IMG/VR virus record: IMGVR_UViG_3300046167_000222 | Coordinates: 1 to 58,582 of that record | DNA length: 58,582 nt | Source of the DNA: a virus | Taxonomy: Duplodnaviria > Caudoviricetes | Direction: 5' to 3' (one strand) | Part shown: one piece after another, positions 36,436-47,330 of the stretch | How positions within the stretch are numbered: the stretch's first letter is position 1 | Layout: each line of letters starts with the position of its first letter | Program-made: the position numbers and the translations under genes | Notes under the pieces: model-generated | What the model saw: the letters and a program-made list of their open reading frames with translations, nothing else | What the model was told of the DNA's origin: nothing | Databases searched by the model: none

Positions 36436-37511
36436 GCCACTGAACCCGCTAGTGTGCCTGTGTTATTCATAGTAACTGATGTGCCTAATACGGCTGCGCC
36501 AGCAGCCCCGCCGCCAGCACCACCAGAACCGTTAGTACGATTGCCGTTAGCGCCTGTGTTACCGTTAGAGGCAGATTGACCGTAGGCTGCGCCAGATTGA
36601 CCTGACCCACCGTTGCCAGCATTTTGCCCGCCAGATGCGCCGCCCGATCCACTTGCAAGTGTCTGGTTGTAGCCTTGACCACGCCCGCCGTTACCGCCTG
36701 TGCCACCGCTGGTGTTTGTGTTACTCGTTACACTTCTGTAGCACTTAGCCGAATAGTAAGCGTCATCGTTGTACTGACAAGTGTGAGTTCCACTGCGAAA
36801 AGATGAATTTCCAAATTTACACCGGCAAACTTGGGTTCCTTTTTGCCCTACCTGATAAGATTGAGTGAACGAGCCACAGCGAGATAGGTTCATACAACCA
36901 CCGTCTGAGAAATCCCAGCCTTTTCCAGCAGATGTTCCTTGGTACTGGTTGCTAGTCGTGGAATACCGACCACCACCACCGTTGCCGCCCTTACCGCCGC
37001 CGCCGCCGCCAGCCAGCAAGCTGCCAGCGTTGTTGATTGTCACGTTTGAAGCTGCGTTATTGATAGCGTGACCGCCAGCACCACCGTTAGCTGTACCACC
37101 CTTGCCAATGATCGAACCGTTGTTGTTGATAACAAGAGTGCCAGCAAGAGTGCTTGGAATATCCAGCGCATCATCAGACACGCCGCCAATGGTAACGCCG
37201 CTGTTGATAAGGATTTCTTTTGGATAGTCTACAGCATAGTCAGAACCAAATAATGTGTCAGCGTCTTGATCGGTTGATTCTGTAGTGTATGTAAACCGAA
37301 AGCCTTTGGCTTGGCCGCGAAAGTTGGTAAAATTTATTATGCCACTTGTAGGCACAGACGCAGCTAAATTTACGCCAGTATTGTTAGCAGCCTTGGCACG
37401 AATGTTACTGCCGCCCCGATACAAATCAGAATAACTGATTGCACCGGAGCCACCCACAAACTCTGTGCGTAGATCACCAAAGGATACTGCGCCTGATGCT
37501 GCTATTGCCAT
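36432..37511 (-). CDS. gp38-like glycine-rich adhesin (variant B)
   Basis: Flanks homologous to 2051..3190; unrelated central insert with 6 Cys. Confidence 0.65.
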   Translation of the reverse strand: MAIAASGAVSFGDLRTEFVGGSGAISYSDLYRGGSNIRAKAANNTGVNLAASVPTSGIINFTNFRGQAKGFRFTYTTESTDQDADTLFGSDYAVDYPKEILINSGVTIGGVSDDALDIPSTLAGTLVINNNGSIIGKGGTANGGAGGHAINNAASNVTINNAGSLLAGGGGGGKGGNGGGGRYSTTSNQYQGTSAGKGWDFSDGGCMNLSRCGSFTQSYQVGQKGTQVCRCKFGNSSFRSGTHTCQYNDDAYYSAKCYRSVTSNTNTSGGTGGNGGRGQGYNQTLASGSGGASGGQNAGNGGSGQSGAAYGQSASNGNTGANGNRTNGSGGAGGGAAGAAVLGTSVTMNNTGTLAGSVA

Positions 37512-37726
37512 TATGGAGTTCCAAAAGCTGTAATATCATCTGTAGCTATTACCGCACCCGCAGTCGTAAGCTTGAAAACCTCAACGCTGTTATAAATAAA
37601 CACCATATCAGAACCGTCTAAAGCAGAAGACCAGCCAGTGGGGAAAGCTGCAACATTATCTAATGCACCTGCAACGACATCTCCATTGGCATCAAGAAGA
37701 TCTGCTATATCTCTTGCTTTACTCAT
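37511..37726 (-). CDS. Small tail-associated protein (copy B)
   Basis: Diverged homolog of 3190..3405. Confidence 0.7.
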   Translation of the reverse strand: MSKARDIADLLDANGDVVAGALDNVAAFPTGWSSALDGSDMVFIYNSVEVFKLTTAGAVIATDDITAFGTP

Positions 37727-37735
37727 TTAATGCTC

Positions 37736-38116
37736 CTACGGTTTAGAAGGCCAGACAACATCTGCTAATGAAGAATACGTCTCGGTAATGTCACGCAATG
37801 CCTGACGATAAGTAGTCTGCGCCGCTGTCATCGAAAGATCGCTAGATGCCCACCAGTCTGTCGCTGCAATCAAGCGGTCACGTTCTTCACGGAGTAGCTT
37901 CATAGGCTCTGCTGCGCGAAGTTCTGCTGCCTTTGCGTTGACCTCAGACCAAGTTGTACCCCATTCAGCCACGTTGCTGCTTTCGATGGCAGAGCCATTA
38001 GCGTCTGCGCCTGTGACTTTGCGAAACATCTCGTTAAATTCGGCCTCTGTTGTAGGCTCACCACGCAAGACCCATTCGGTGATGCCTAACTCAGTTAGGG
38101 CTTGTGATATGCTCAT
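37736..38116 (-). CDS. Tail fibre assembly chaperone-like protein (copy B only)
   Basis: LREERDRLIAATDW..YRQALRDI..WPSKP motif. Confidence 0.75.
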   Translation of the reverse strand: MSISQALTELGITEWVLRGEPTTEAEFNEMFRKVTGADANGSAIESSNVAEWGTTWSEVNAKAAELRAAEPMKLLREERDRLIAATDWWASSDLSMTAAQTTYRQALRDITETYSSLADVVWPSKP

Positions 38117-38130
38117 TTTGTTTACTCCTA

Positions 38131-38652
38131 TTATGCTACTAAATATCCAAAGAATCGTGCGCCATCCCGAAGTGTGACGCTACTATCATCAATTATTCTA
38201 ATATATGGTGTAACAGTTTGATTTGCTGTAAGTTGAATTAACCCTGAACTGTTTCCAGTTTGATAGCTCCCACCTTGGTTGTCTTCAAGATACCTATATG
38301 CAAGGTCATTCGCACTATTAACAGGAGCATCGTCAATAAACATTTTCAAAGATAAATAGCTTGAGCCATCAATCGCATCAATCATAACACTACAGCCAAA
38401 ATGGTATATGCCATCAACCGGCGCAGCAAAAACAGCAGAACTGTTTAGAGTTACGTTGTTACCAATATCAAACTCTTTAGTGTCAAAAGAAACTTTTGTG
38501 TCGCTACCATAGTTTTGTCCAGTAAGGTTTGTACTTTGATAAACAGAAAACGCTGGTTTAGATGGTTGAAGAATACGACCACTGGTATCAACAGTCAGCG
38601 CAGTAGTACCCGCCGTGTTCTGGATTTGATTGACCTTTAGAATACTTGTCAT
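38131..38652 (-). CDS. C1q-like tail protein (copy B only)
   Basis: PAFSVY..VSFDTKEFDIG..FAAPVDGIYHF..FFGYLV. Confidence 0.7.
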   Translation of the reverse strand: MTSILKVNQIQNTAGTTALTVDTSGRILQPSKPAFSVYQSTNLTGQNYGSDTKVSFDTKEFDIGNNVTLNSSAVFAAPVDGIYHFGCSVMIDAIDGSSYLSLKMFIDDAPVNSANDLAYRYLEDNQGGSYQTGNSSGLIQLTANQTVTPYIRIIDDSSVTLRDGARFFGYLVA

Positions 38653-39149
38653 TGGGCAATCTCCATTAGGGTCATTGTCCCGCCATTACCATAGCTAGGA
38701 TGGTTAAACATAACCTCACCTACTGCCGCACCTTGTAACTTGTAGGTTGTTGCTGATGTTGTTGCGGGGCTGTCATAGTAAAATACTGTTTGGAAATCCA
38801 TGAACCTATGGGTGGTGCTGTCTGGAACGTGTCCTGTGTGATATTGGTTTGTTGGTTCTTCACGAATTAGAGTGCTGTCTCTATACAAATTAGTACAAGC
38901 TACCTGCCAATTGCTAATGTTTGAAGCACCATTAATATAGATATGATTAACATAACAAATTAGTATCTTATTGCTTGAGTTTTGAGGCGTTATCGTAGCA
39001 GTCATACCCGGAATATCTGCAAAGGATGTGCTTGTTGTGCTTAAAAGTGAATTTGCAGAAACACTAACAACCTGCACAACGTGACCCGCAATCTGAACAC
39101 CGGAGCCGCTGGTCTTTTCGGTGATTGTATCAACGTATAGCGTACTCAT
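38649..39149 (-). CDS. Tail-tip/fibre protein (copy B only)
   Basis: GHVVQVV..ATITP..SNKIL..DSPATTSATTYKLQ..MTLMEIAQ, typical of marine phage fibre modules. Confidence 0.6.
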   Translation of the reverse strand: MSTLYVDTITEKTSGSGVQIAGHVVQVVSVSANSLLSTTSTSFADIPGMTATITPQNSSNKILICYVNHIYINGASNISNWQVACTNLYRDSTLIREEPTNQYHTGHVPDSTTHRFMDFQTVFYYDSPATTSATTYKLQGAAVGEVMFNHPSYGNGGTMTLMEIAQ

Positions 39150-39691
39150 TGTGCAATCTCCGTAAACCTTATAGTTGCTCTGCCCTCATCAGTAGAAGAA
39201 GGATAAACAGTACTGGTACTCGCACCGGATGTAGCGGTATCAACAGACACCGATACTGAATTACCTGTCGTGTTGTTTATTTGGATAGCCGCGTGGCTAT
39301 TTACTTTTAACCAAGCGCCACTGCCACCGTAGTCATATGCACCATGTGCCACTAATGCAAACTCCTCTGAACCATCGACCAAAACTCTGAATTTCATCCT
39401 ACCGTCCGCGCCGTTTGCCCTGTAACTGCGCTGATAAAAAGATATGTCTGCAATAATAGTGCTTGTTGATAATTGAGGGGTGAAACTGCCAGCAAACGCC
39501 TGTGAGTAGGTAGAGGACGTAGTAACAAAAGGGCTAGATGGAGTAACGTCAACTAAGGTTTCTTTGACCACACTTCCCGCTGGCAGTGTCGCACCATTCG
39601 GGAACGATGGCTTGCCTGTGCTTGCGTCAATCGTGACAGCAGACGTACCCGCCGCATTGTTTATTTGATCTACATTTAATATCGAAGCCAT
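39146..39691 (-). CDS. Tail-tip/fibre protein (copy B only)
   Basis: SILNVDQI N-terminus shared with neighbours; ends in EIAQ like the next gene. Confidence 0.6.
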   Translation of the reverse strand: MASILNVDQINNAAGTSAVTIDASTGKPSFPNGATLPAGSVVKETLVDVTPSSPFVTTSSTYSQAFAGSFTPQLSTSTIIADISFYQRSYRANGADGRMKFRVLVDGSEEFALVAHGAYDYGGSGAWLKVNSHAAIQINNTTGNSVSVSVDTATSGASTSTVYPSSTDEGRATIRFTEIAQ

Positions 39692-41338
39692 CTATGCCAC
39701 CGTCAGATTTCCGTTGACGGTAAGTGTTACGTTACTGCCAAGCGTTAAAGGGCCAACAGCCAAAGCGTTGTCTGTCGAGCCTATGGTTACATTTGAACTG
39801 AGTGTCTGCGAGTGAACACGAAAGATGTCACCCTTGCCATTCGTGGTATCACCAGTAGCACCATTGTTACCATCGAAGTACCCTGCGCCAGCTTGTGGGG
39901 CGCTTACTGTACCGCCCACCCAATTTGTGCCGTTATACTGAAGGAATTGCCCATTAGTTGCACCAGATGCAGCCACATCATTGGCATCGTTGATGCTGAA
40001 ATTACTTACAGAGAATGTGCCGTAAGCCACGATGTCTACTGTGTCATTGACCGCTGCGCCAGAAGCCAAAACAATGCTTGTGCCGTTGGTGGCAGTAAAG
40101 TCAGTGCCAGAAATCAGCTTAATACCGTTCAAATACAAATCAACAAAGCCAGCGTCATATGTTGCGGCAAAGCTAGTTTGACCAGCCGTTGCTGTATAAG
40201 ACACACGCTGAGATGTTCCGTTGACTGATGATCCAGCGTTTTGGAAACCTGATGAGCCGTACACCTTCATAGTCTGCGCCGAGGTATCGAACCACAAATC
40301 CCCAGATGTCGGAGATGATGGGGCTGTTCCACCAACAAAGTATGTGTCACCAAAGTTGTTGATGTCAGCAAGATTAGAAGCAACAGTGTTGACATTGGCA
40401 ATGTCTGTGCCAACAAGGTTGACGTTAGCAATGTTATTAGAAACTACATCAATCTCTGAGGTAGCCTCATTGAGATCGTTAGCTACTGTGACTACTTTAG
40501 CTACTTCAGCAGCAATAGCTGAAATGTCAGTTGCATTTGTTGCAGCAGCAGTAACATCAGCAGCAATTCCAGCAACAGTCGTGATGTTGGCAGAGATACC
40601 AGCCGCAGTGTTTACGTTGGCAATGTTCGTTGCCACGGTTCCAATGTCAGTTGCGTCAGCAGCGACAGCGTTGATGTTGGATGTGTTGCCAGCAACGGTA
40701 GTTACGTTAGCCGCAATGCCTGAGACTGTAGTTACGTCAGTTTTAATTGCAGCAGTGTCAGTAATGGCATCAGTAGCTACTGTACCATCTTGGATGTCAG
40801 CAAGTGTAGCAATGTCAGCCGCAGCCGCAGCTACGGTGGTTACACCAGCAGTAGATGGGCCGTTAATAAGATCGCCAGTAACAGAATCAAACGCCAGCAC
40901 CTTGCCAGCCCGGCTAGCAAGAGCAGGCAAAATCAAATTAGCAGCAGCATCAGCATCAGTCAGGCGAAGTGAACGACTAACCTCATCATTAAGATCAGCA
41001 TTGATTGCTGTGATCCGATCTAACTCCTCATTCAGAGAAGTAACATCGAATGGGCCAGACGTTGGAAAGTCTGTAGTACGCTCAAGCGGAATGCTTCTTG
41101 TTATAACAACAGTGCTGCCACCAGACGCACCAACAACCGTCATTGCAATTGAGCCTGTTGCCCCGGAACCGCCAGTTACAGTGTAATCAGTTGTGATGGT
41201 TTTAAGCGTGCCGTCAACATATGCATTGAGATCGCCTTCTTCAAAGAACTCAAACGGCACAGTAAAGCTAGACTGTGTAACACCAGATGCCACAGTGTAG
41301 GATATTCGTGGTGAATTATCGCTCAAGTTAATTGTCAT
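39692..41338 (-). CDS. Tail fibre protein (variant B, 548 aa)
   Basis: First ~220 aa nearly identical to variant A; different distal part. Confidence 0.85.
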   Translation of the reverse strand: MTINLSDNSPRISYTVASGVTQSSFTVPFEFFEEGDLNAYVDGTLKTITTDYTVTGGSGATGSIAMTVVGASGGSTVVITRSIPLERTTDFPTSGPFDVTSLNEELDRITAINADLNDEVSRSLRLTDADAAANLILPALASRAGKVLAFDSVTGDLINGPSTAGVTTVAAAAADIATLADIQDGTVATDAITDTAAIKTDVTTVSGIAANVTTVAGNTSNINAVAADATDIGTVATNIANVNTAAGISANITTVAGIAADVTAAATNATDISAIAAEVAKVVTVANDLNEATSEIDVVSNNIANVNLVGTDIANVNTVASNLADINNFGDTYFVGGTAPSSPTSGDLWFDTSAQTMKVYGSSGFQNAGSSVNGTSQRVSYTATAGQTSFAATYDAGFVDLYLNGIKLISGTDFTATNGTSIVLASGAAVNDTVDIVAYGTFSVSNFSINDANDVAASGATNGQFLQYNGTNWVGGTVSAPQAGAGYFDGNNGATGDTTNGKGDIFRVHSQTLSSNVTIGSTDNALAVGPLTLGSNVTLTVNGNLTVA

Positions 41339-41380
41339 AGTAATCCTCTATCATGCAGTAATGCAGTTTGCCACGCACAA

Positions 41381-44300
41381 TTAACGGCGACCTGCGTTAA
41401 AGAAATCTCTTGCATCATCGCGCCACAAAGGTAGACCAACAAACGGCATTGCGTAGCCTAAATCTTTAGTGGCTCCCACTCTGTCACCTTTAAGGTAGCG
41501 ATCCCAAAGACGATAATATTCCAAACCCAATCCAGCCGGTGCGCCTAACACTTCAGCAACAGCATCGCCCTGTCTTTCGCTAGGTGTTCCGCTAATCCAT
41601 TTAGGCGGGATAGGAGATGTATTCTCGCGCATCATGCCAGTGTTAACTGCCATAGCCAGACCGCGATACCCAATGTCAGAATACACACCTAAGATGCCTG
41701 AGTGATCTACAACTCTTGCCATTGTCTCAATGCTATCTGCATCTTTCCACCATGACTGATCTTTGAGTGACAAAGATAGGTAAGACATACCAAGCAATGC
41801 TGACACGCCTTGCAATCTATAAGCCCTGCTTGGGTCAGCAATCGCACCAATGATCTTGTTGTTCGCACCAAAGGCAAAGTTCATAAAAGTAAACGGCAGC
41901 GTCATAAGCTGGCTGTCCATACGAACAAGAGCAGTCGATCCAGTAGATGCTCGCTTGTCTATTGCGTACATCTTAGGAAATACTTTGCGCATCTGTTGAA
42001 AGTATGCGTTGTCTTTCATGTACATCACGCCATCCATGATGCGTGGCTTATCGAACGTAGTAGCCATGATGATGGTGTTATTAGAGTGAGATGCAATAGC
42101 TGCCTGATACTGACGCACCGCTGCACGTTGTTGCGGCGTGTCTCGTTTCCAAGCGTCTGTGTTAGAATACACAAAGTCTTCTGACTGATGCTTAGTAACA
42201 GGAGCATCAGCAATGATCTTAGCCATCTCCTCATCGATACCATAGCGAGCCAGATACTCACGATCAGTAGGCGTTGATTGTGCCCTTTGACCATTTCTGA
42301 GACAGCTTAAAGAATTTATCCTGCACAACAATCTGATCTAACAGCTTGCCGCTGACAGTCACAGGCATCAAACCATTCATTGTGTAATAGACTTTGTTAC
42401 CAACAGCAGTAGCTTTTTCTAGCATGTTAGGCTGAATGCGCTTGATGTTATCAGACAAGATCTCTCTTGCAGCTACGTTGCGAGAGATGTCAAGCAACTC
42501 ACCAGCAAGGTTAGCCTGCCGGAATACACCAGCAACAAAGCCTGTGTCAGCTAACGCAGCCGCACCAGCCTTGCCCACATCCTTGTACCCATGAGCAAGA
42601 ACAATACTACCAACATCAGTGATAGCAGACACACCAGCACCACCAAGATAAGTCCAACCTGTCCATGACTTGACTGCTTTAGCTAACTGGTTATCCCAGC
42701 GATCAGGACGCTTGACGAAGTTACCCATCACTCTGTCATAGTCACCAACCATAGCAGCTTTGGCGTTAAGGATTTGATCCTCTGACAGCTTGCCTTTGCG
42801 CAACTCAGTCTCGAACGCATCCATAACTTCATCGATTGTTCTGCCACCGTATGTTTCAGCAAATGCAATCTTCTTACCCATGCGTTCAAAGTAGCTGTAA
42901 AGAGCGTCCTCATCTTTGATAAGAAACTCCTCGACCATCCACTCGGGTATATTGGTCTTGCGATCTTTAAGGTGCTTAGTGCTGCCACCACCAAATGACA
43001 GGTTCTCAAACTCGTCAGCATCTTCTTCCATGATCTTTGCAACAGTACGTTCTGCGTCTGCTCGGGTTGTGCCAGTGTATTTAGGATCAGGATTGTTGTT
43101 GCGTTCGATAGTGTACCACTCATCAAACTTTGCAGTCAGACGCTCTCTTGCCCCCTCATCTGAAAGCAGCAGCTTCTTGTCGTAATAGATTGGGAACGCA
43201 AAGTCTCTGCGAGGTGGCGAATTGATTAATCCTTCAAATCCATCGATGTCATCTCTGATCTTGTTGATTTCTCTGTCGAGGTCTGTGAGCAATTTGAATT
43301 GTTTTTTGGTTGCGCCTGCGTTGGGCTGTGCTTTAATTTTGGCTTCAAGCTCGACCAGCTTTGTTGTCTTCTCATCCAGCTTTTTATTTGCAGCATCGAT
43401 GCGTTCCTTTAGCTTTGCGTTCTTTGGGAACACACCAAAGAATGTGGCATCCTCGCCAATCTCTTTGAATGATTTATCTAGCAACACGGCTGCATTCTTC
43501 TGACTGTCAGTCATTGTTGCAGCAGCTTCTCTAGCAATACGAGGATTGCCAGAGTTTACTTTGACATGCTTGGTGATAGTGTCAGCAAGCCATGCATTAT
43601 ACTCTTTGTTATTACGGTAAAACACACCAGCAAAAGAACTAGCCTTCTCACCTATGCCTATGTCTTGCGCATGCAAGTCACGCAAGCCACGCTGCACAGA
43701 GTTAAACGCACCATAGTAGGGCAGGATGCGCTGCGCTAACGACTGCGTTGCTTTGCCTTCTGCGTTTGCTTTAGTGGCGATAGATGCATTGCTAGACATA
43801 CGGATAGCTAAAGACTTTGCGCCCTGCGGCATAGCTGGATCAGCTAGAAACTTTTGCAAGTCATTACTTAGAGGGTTAGAAAACTTTAATGTGTTGTCAC
43901 CGTCATTTTCAATAGATCCAGCTTCTCTTTTAGCTGATTCTGTTGTCGTATTAATATTTAGCTCGTCTTCTTTTGTTAGATTTACAGATCCATCACTGCC
44001 CCATATGTGGCGTGATTGCTCACCATCTACAGAACGAATAACTTTATTGACTGTAGATTTAATCAATGGCTTAGCGTAGGTCAGACCCATGCCAAGCACA
44101 GGCGACAATGCAGTAGATGCTGCAATGTTAAGCGTAGATTCAAAGTCAGCGTCAGCAACTTGAAACGGCTCTCTGATAATCTCTGATGTAGCACCACCAA
44201 CAAAACCAGCAGCAGCAAACTTCATAGCTGTATTAAGCTTTGATGCGCCGCCAACCACGTTCAGGCCTGGAATGAAGCCGATCAGGAAGCTGGGTATGTC

Positions 44301-44639
44301 GCCAGCTATGTTGGCTGTCAGTGCGCCTTCTTCCATGATCTGGTCACGCTCTAGCGCAAGATCAACCTCACCAATAAGAAAGTCCATATGCTCTTGGTTC
44401 TTGGCACGAACCAAATCATCATAGTACGGAAGATGGCTCTCAGGAATATTGGCAACAGCGTCATAGCTTTCATCCCGCACAACATTACTAAACCGCCTCA
44501 TCTCCTCAAAGTGACCAGCAACAGGCAGGCGATCTGTAAAGGATGCTTTGAATGTTTCAGTCCATGATGGAGCAACGGTTCTGCCATCAGCAAAGCCGCT
44601 GTCCAATGTTATGAAGAAATCAGAAACACCATGATCCAT
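41381..44639 (-). CDS. Large internal virion protein (copy B), frameshift near 42269
   Basis: Two ORFs reconstruct the homolog of 5959..9156. Confidence 0.7.
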
Positions 44640-46897
44640 TACTTCTGCCCTGCTAACTGCCTTGCTTTCTCACGTTGAGTATCTAATAGCTTGTTGATTG
44701 ATCTGCTTGTGTTACCAAGCGATGAAGCTTTACCACCAGCTATGCGTGGCTTTACTTGCCCAAGCTGGTTAGTGCCGGTTAAGTAGGCTGCTCTTGCTGC
44801 GTTTGCTGCTTCTAACTCTGCTTGAATTTGCTTTTGAGTAATTGCGCCACGCGCTTGCAAAACAACTTGAGGGGTAACAACGATAGGCTTCATGTTGTTA
44901 TCAAGGATTACTTTGTTATTTCTGTCTACGATGCGGTAGCTAGGAAGATTAGTAGGTACGCCCTTGATTGGCCTTGTGCCTGTCGTTGGCGCAAAGAAAG
45001 CAGTGCTACCCATCTTAAGAGTTTTGCCTGTGCTGTTTTGTTTTAGTGCTGTCTGCGCAGCACCTAAGATAATGTCCATCTCACCATCACGATTGTAATG
45101 ATGCTCTGGTGCAAAGCGTGTGTAGGTTCGCTGACCACCTTCTAATGCCATGTAGTCAGACTTTTGAAATACTTTATCAACAGAGTTTGCAATTATCTCT
45201 GCTGCTCTTGCTGCACCAAATGTGTAAACAAGATCGTCAGAGTATCTAGCAAAGTGTAGATTTACAGCGGCATCAGTGCTGCCTGTTGCGTCACGAACAA
45301 AGTCGAGCGTTGTTGGGTTTTTGCCTGCGTCACCAAAATGCTCTGCCATTCTTTTCTTAACAGTTTCTTGTGCTAATGGATCACGCTCACGCTCTGCTCG
45401 TTTAGCCATAATATCAGCAGGGGTAAAATCTTTGAACAAGGTTGTGTTAGCAACAGCATCCAATGTTTCAAAGAACATGATAGTGTCATCAGGAATACCG
45501 CGACTGTTGTAGACTAAACGCCCACCACGCATACGCTGCGTTGATTGCTTTACAAAGTTGCGCAGCATAACACTAGCCATTGGGTTGTCACTGTTCTGCG
45601 CAAGCCAGCCTTCAATCATGTCAGGTGCTAGTGCATCAGTAACAGACTTAGGTAGCTGTCCATTGCCCATCAGCACTGCTTGCTCTGGCGAGCCGTCATC
45701 AGATAACATTGCGCCTAGATTGTTAAGAACATCCTGCGGTGTACCAACTGCATACTTACCTGTCTTCAAGATGTGATCGCCAGCATTAGCAGACAACGGC
45801 GCACCACTAGCAGCCAAGCGGCTATAAGCACCGCGCAGCAAGCTATCTCTATTAGCCTTTGTTTGTGCAACGATGTTGTTTTCTACGCTGTCAAATGAAG
45901 ATGCAAGCTTGTCTTGCACATCACCAAAGCCATCTGATGCAATTACTTTATCAAGGCCAACAGCCTCTAAAATATCACGATGCTCTGGGTTAGTAATGTT
46001 ATCCATATTGCCAGTACGAATAGCGGTCTGAGCAGACTGCATAATGTTACCAATAGGAATGTCTTGCGTATATTGATTGTAATTATCACCAATGTTCTGA
46101 ATCAAAGCAGATGCAACATTGTCTAGCTTGCCAAGAAAATGATTTTGTTTCACATCATTCTTTAGCTTCTGCATCATCTCGCGTTCAGCAAGCGTAGGAA
46201 AGTCCTCAACTAAACCATCAATAATCTCAAGAATATTATCTTTATTATAGTCAGCATTATCGCCAACTACATCGCCGCTTTCATAATCCTTAGACTGCAA
46301 ACCAACCATTGCTCTTTGGTTAGAGATAGCTGATTCCAAGATCTGCACACGGTTTACAAACGCTGCCTTATGCTCAACACCAAGCCTGTCAGCATATAGT
46401 TTGCTGCCATGCGTAAAGCCTTCTGCATCCATTGCCTGCGCTAAAACAGATTGATACTTAGCCAGCGATGGGTCTGATCCAAGTCTCTTTAATGTTTCTT
46501 CTGAGTATGCTTTCCACTTGTCACCAAAAGCTTTGTAGTCTTTGGTTTGATCGTGCTGCGCATGCAACACAGATGCATGCTTTTGAGCATCCAATGTAAG
46601 CCGTTCAATAAACCGTTTGTCTGCTTCCGGCACAGCATTCTGCCGAGCAACCTTAGAAAAGTTTTCCGGTATCTCCACTGGCATTACTTTGCCATCTTTA
46701 TCTTTACCAAATGCAGCAGTCTGCCCGAACTGAGTACCTTTTAATTCTTCTGCGGCATACTTCTTAGCGTAGTCATACTCAAATAGTTTCTTGCCAATGT
46801 TAGACAGCGTTTCACCAGAAGTGTCACGCATAGGAGTAACAACGCCGATAGGCTCGTTGTAAACAGGATTGCCGGTAAACTTTGGGATCTCAGCCAT
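44639..46897 (-). CDS. Internal virion protein (copy B, intact 752 aa)
   Basis: T7 gp15-like position. Confidence 0.7.
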   Translation of the reverse strand: MAEIPKFTGNPVYNEPIGVVTPMRDTSGETLSNIGKKLFEYDYAKKYAAEELKGTQFGQTAAFGKDKDGKVMPVEIPENFSKVARQNAVPEADKRFIERLTLDAQKHASVLHAQHDQTKDYKAFGDKWKAYSEETLKRLGSDPSLAKYQSVLAQAMDAEGFTHGSKLYADRLGVEHKAAFVNRVQILESAISNQRAMVGLQSKDYESGDVVGDNADYNKDNILEIIDGLVEDFPTLAEREMMQKLKNDVKQNHFLGKLDNVASALIQNIGDNYNQYTQDIPIGNIMQSAQTAIRTGNMDNITNPEHRDILEAVGLDKVIASDGFGDVQDKLASSFDSVENNIVAQTKANRDSLLRGAYSRLAASGAPLSANAGDHILKTGKYAVGTPQDVLNNLGAMLSDDGSPEQAVLMGNGQLPKSVTDALAPDMIEGWLAQNSDNPMASVMLRNFVKQSTQRMRGGRLVYNSRGIPDDTIMFFETLDAVANTTLFKDFTPADIMAKRAERERDPLAQETVKKRMAEHFGDAGKNPTTLDFVRDATGSTDAAVNLHFARYSDDLVYTFGAARAAEIIANSVDKVFQKSDYMALEGGQRTYTRFAPEHHYNRDGEMDIILGAAQTALKQNSTGKTLKMGSTAFFAPTTGTRPIKGVPTNLPSYRIVDRNNKVILDNNMKPIVVTPQVVLQARGAITQKQIQAELEAANAARAAYLTGTNQLGQVKPRIAGGKASSLGNTSRSINKLLDTQREKARQLAGQK

Positions 46898-47330
46898 TAT
46901 GTAATATCCGTCATCTTGTCCATGCCAATTGCAAAGTCAGCTATGCCAGCCATCATCGTTGCGTTGGCGTTAATAGTACCCTGCGTCTGGTGTTCTCTGC
47001 CTGATAGCGCATACGGTTTTCAGCAAACATGCTGTTCACTCTGGCGCGATCAATCTGCTCAATGCTTTTATCCTTTGCCTGCCTTAACCCTAGCCTTAAA
47101 CGATCGATCATTAACGTCACGGTTGGACTTGCCACGAATAGAGTTGGCTGTTGAGCGATAGGTTTCAAAAGCATCAAGGCGATCATTATGCTCTGCTGAC
47201 CGCGAATACGCTCAAGCTTTGCGTTAAACTCCTGCTGCTCGGCAACGCGAGCCGCTTGCCTGCGCTGCGCTGATGCCTGCTGCATTGATCCAAACAGGCT
47301 TAACACCTGACCAAACATCATCAAACTCAT
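46897..47330 (-). CDS. Small internal virion protein (copy B), several 1-bp indels
   Basis: Homolog of 11428..11862. Confidence 0.6.
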
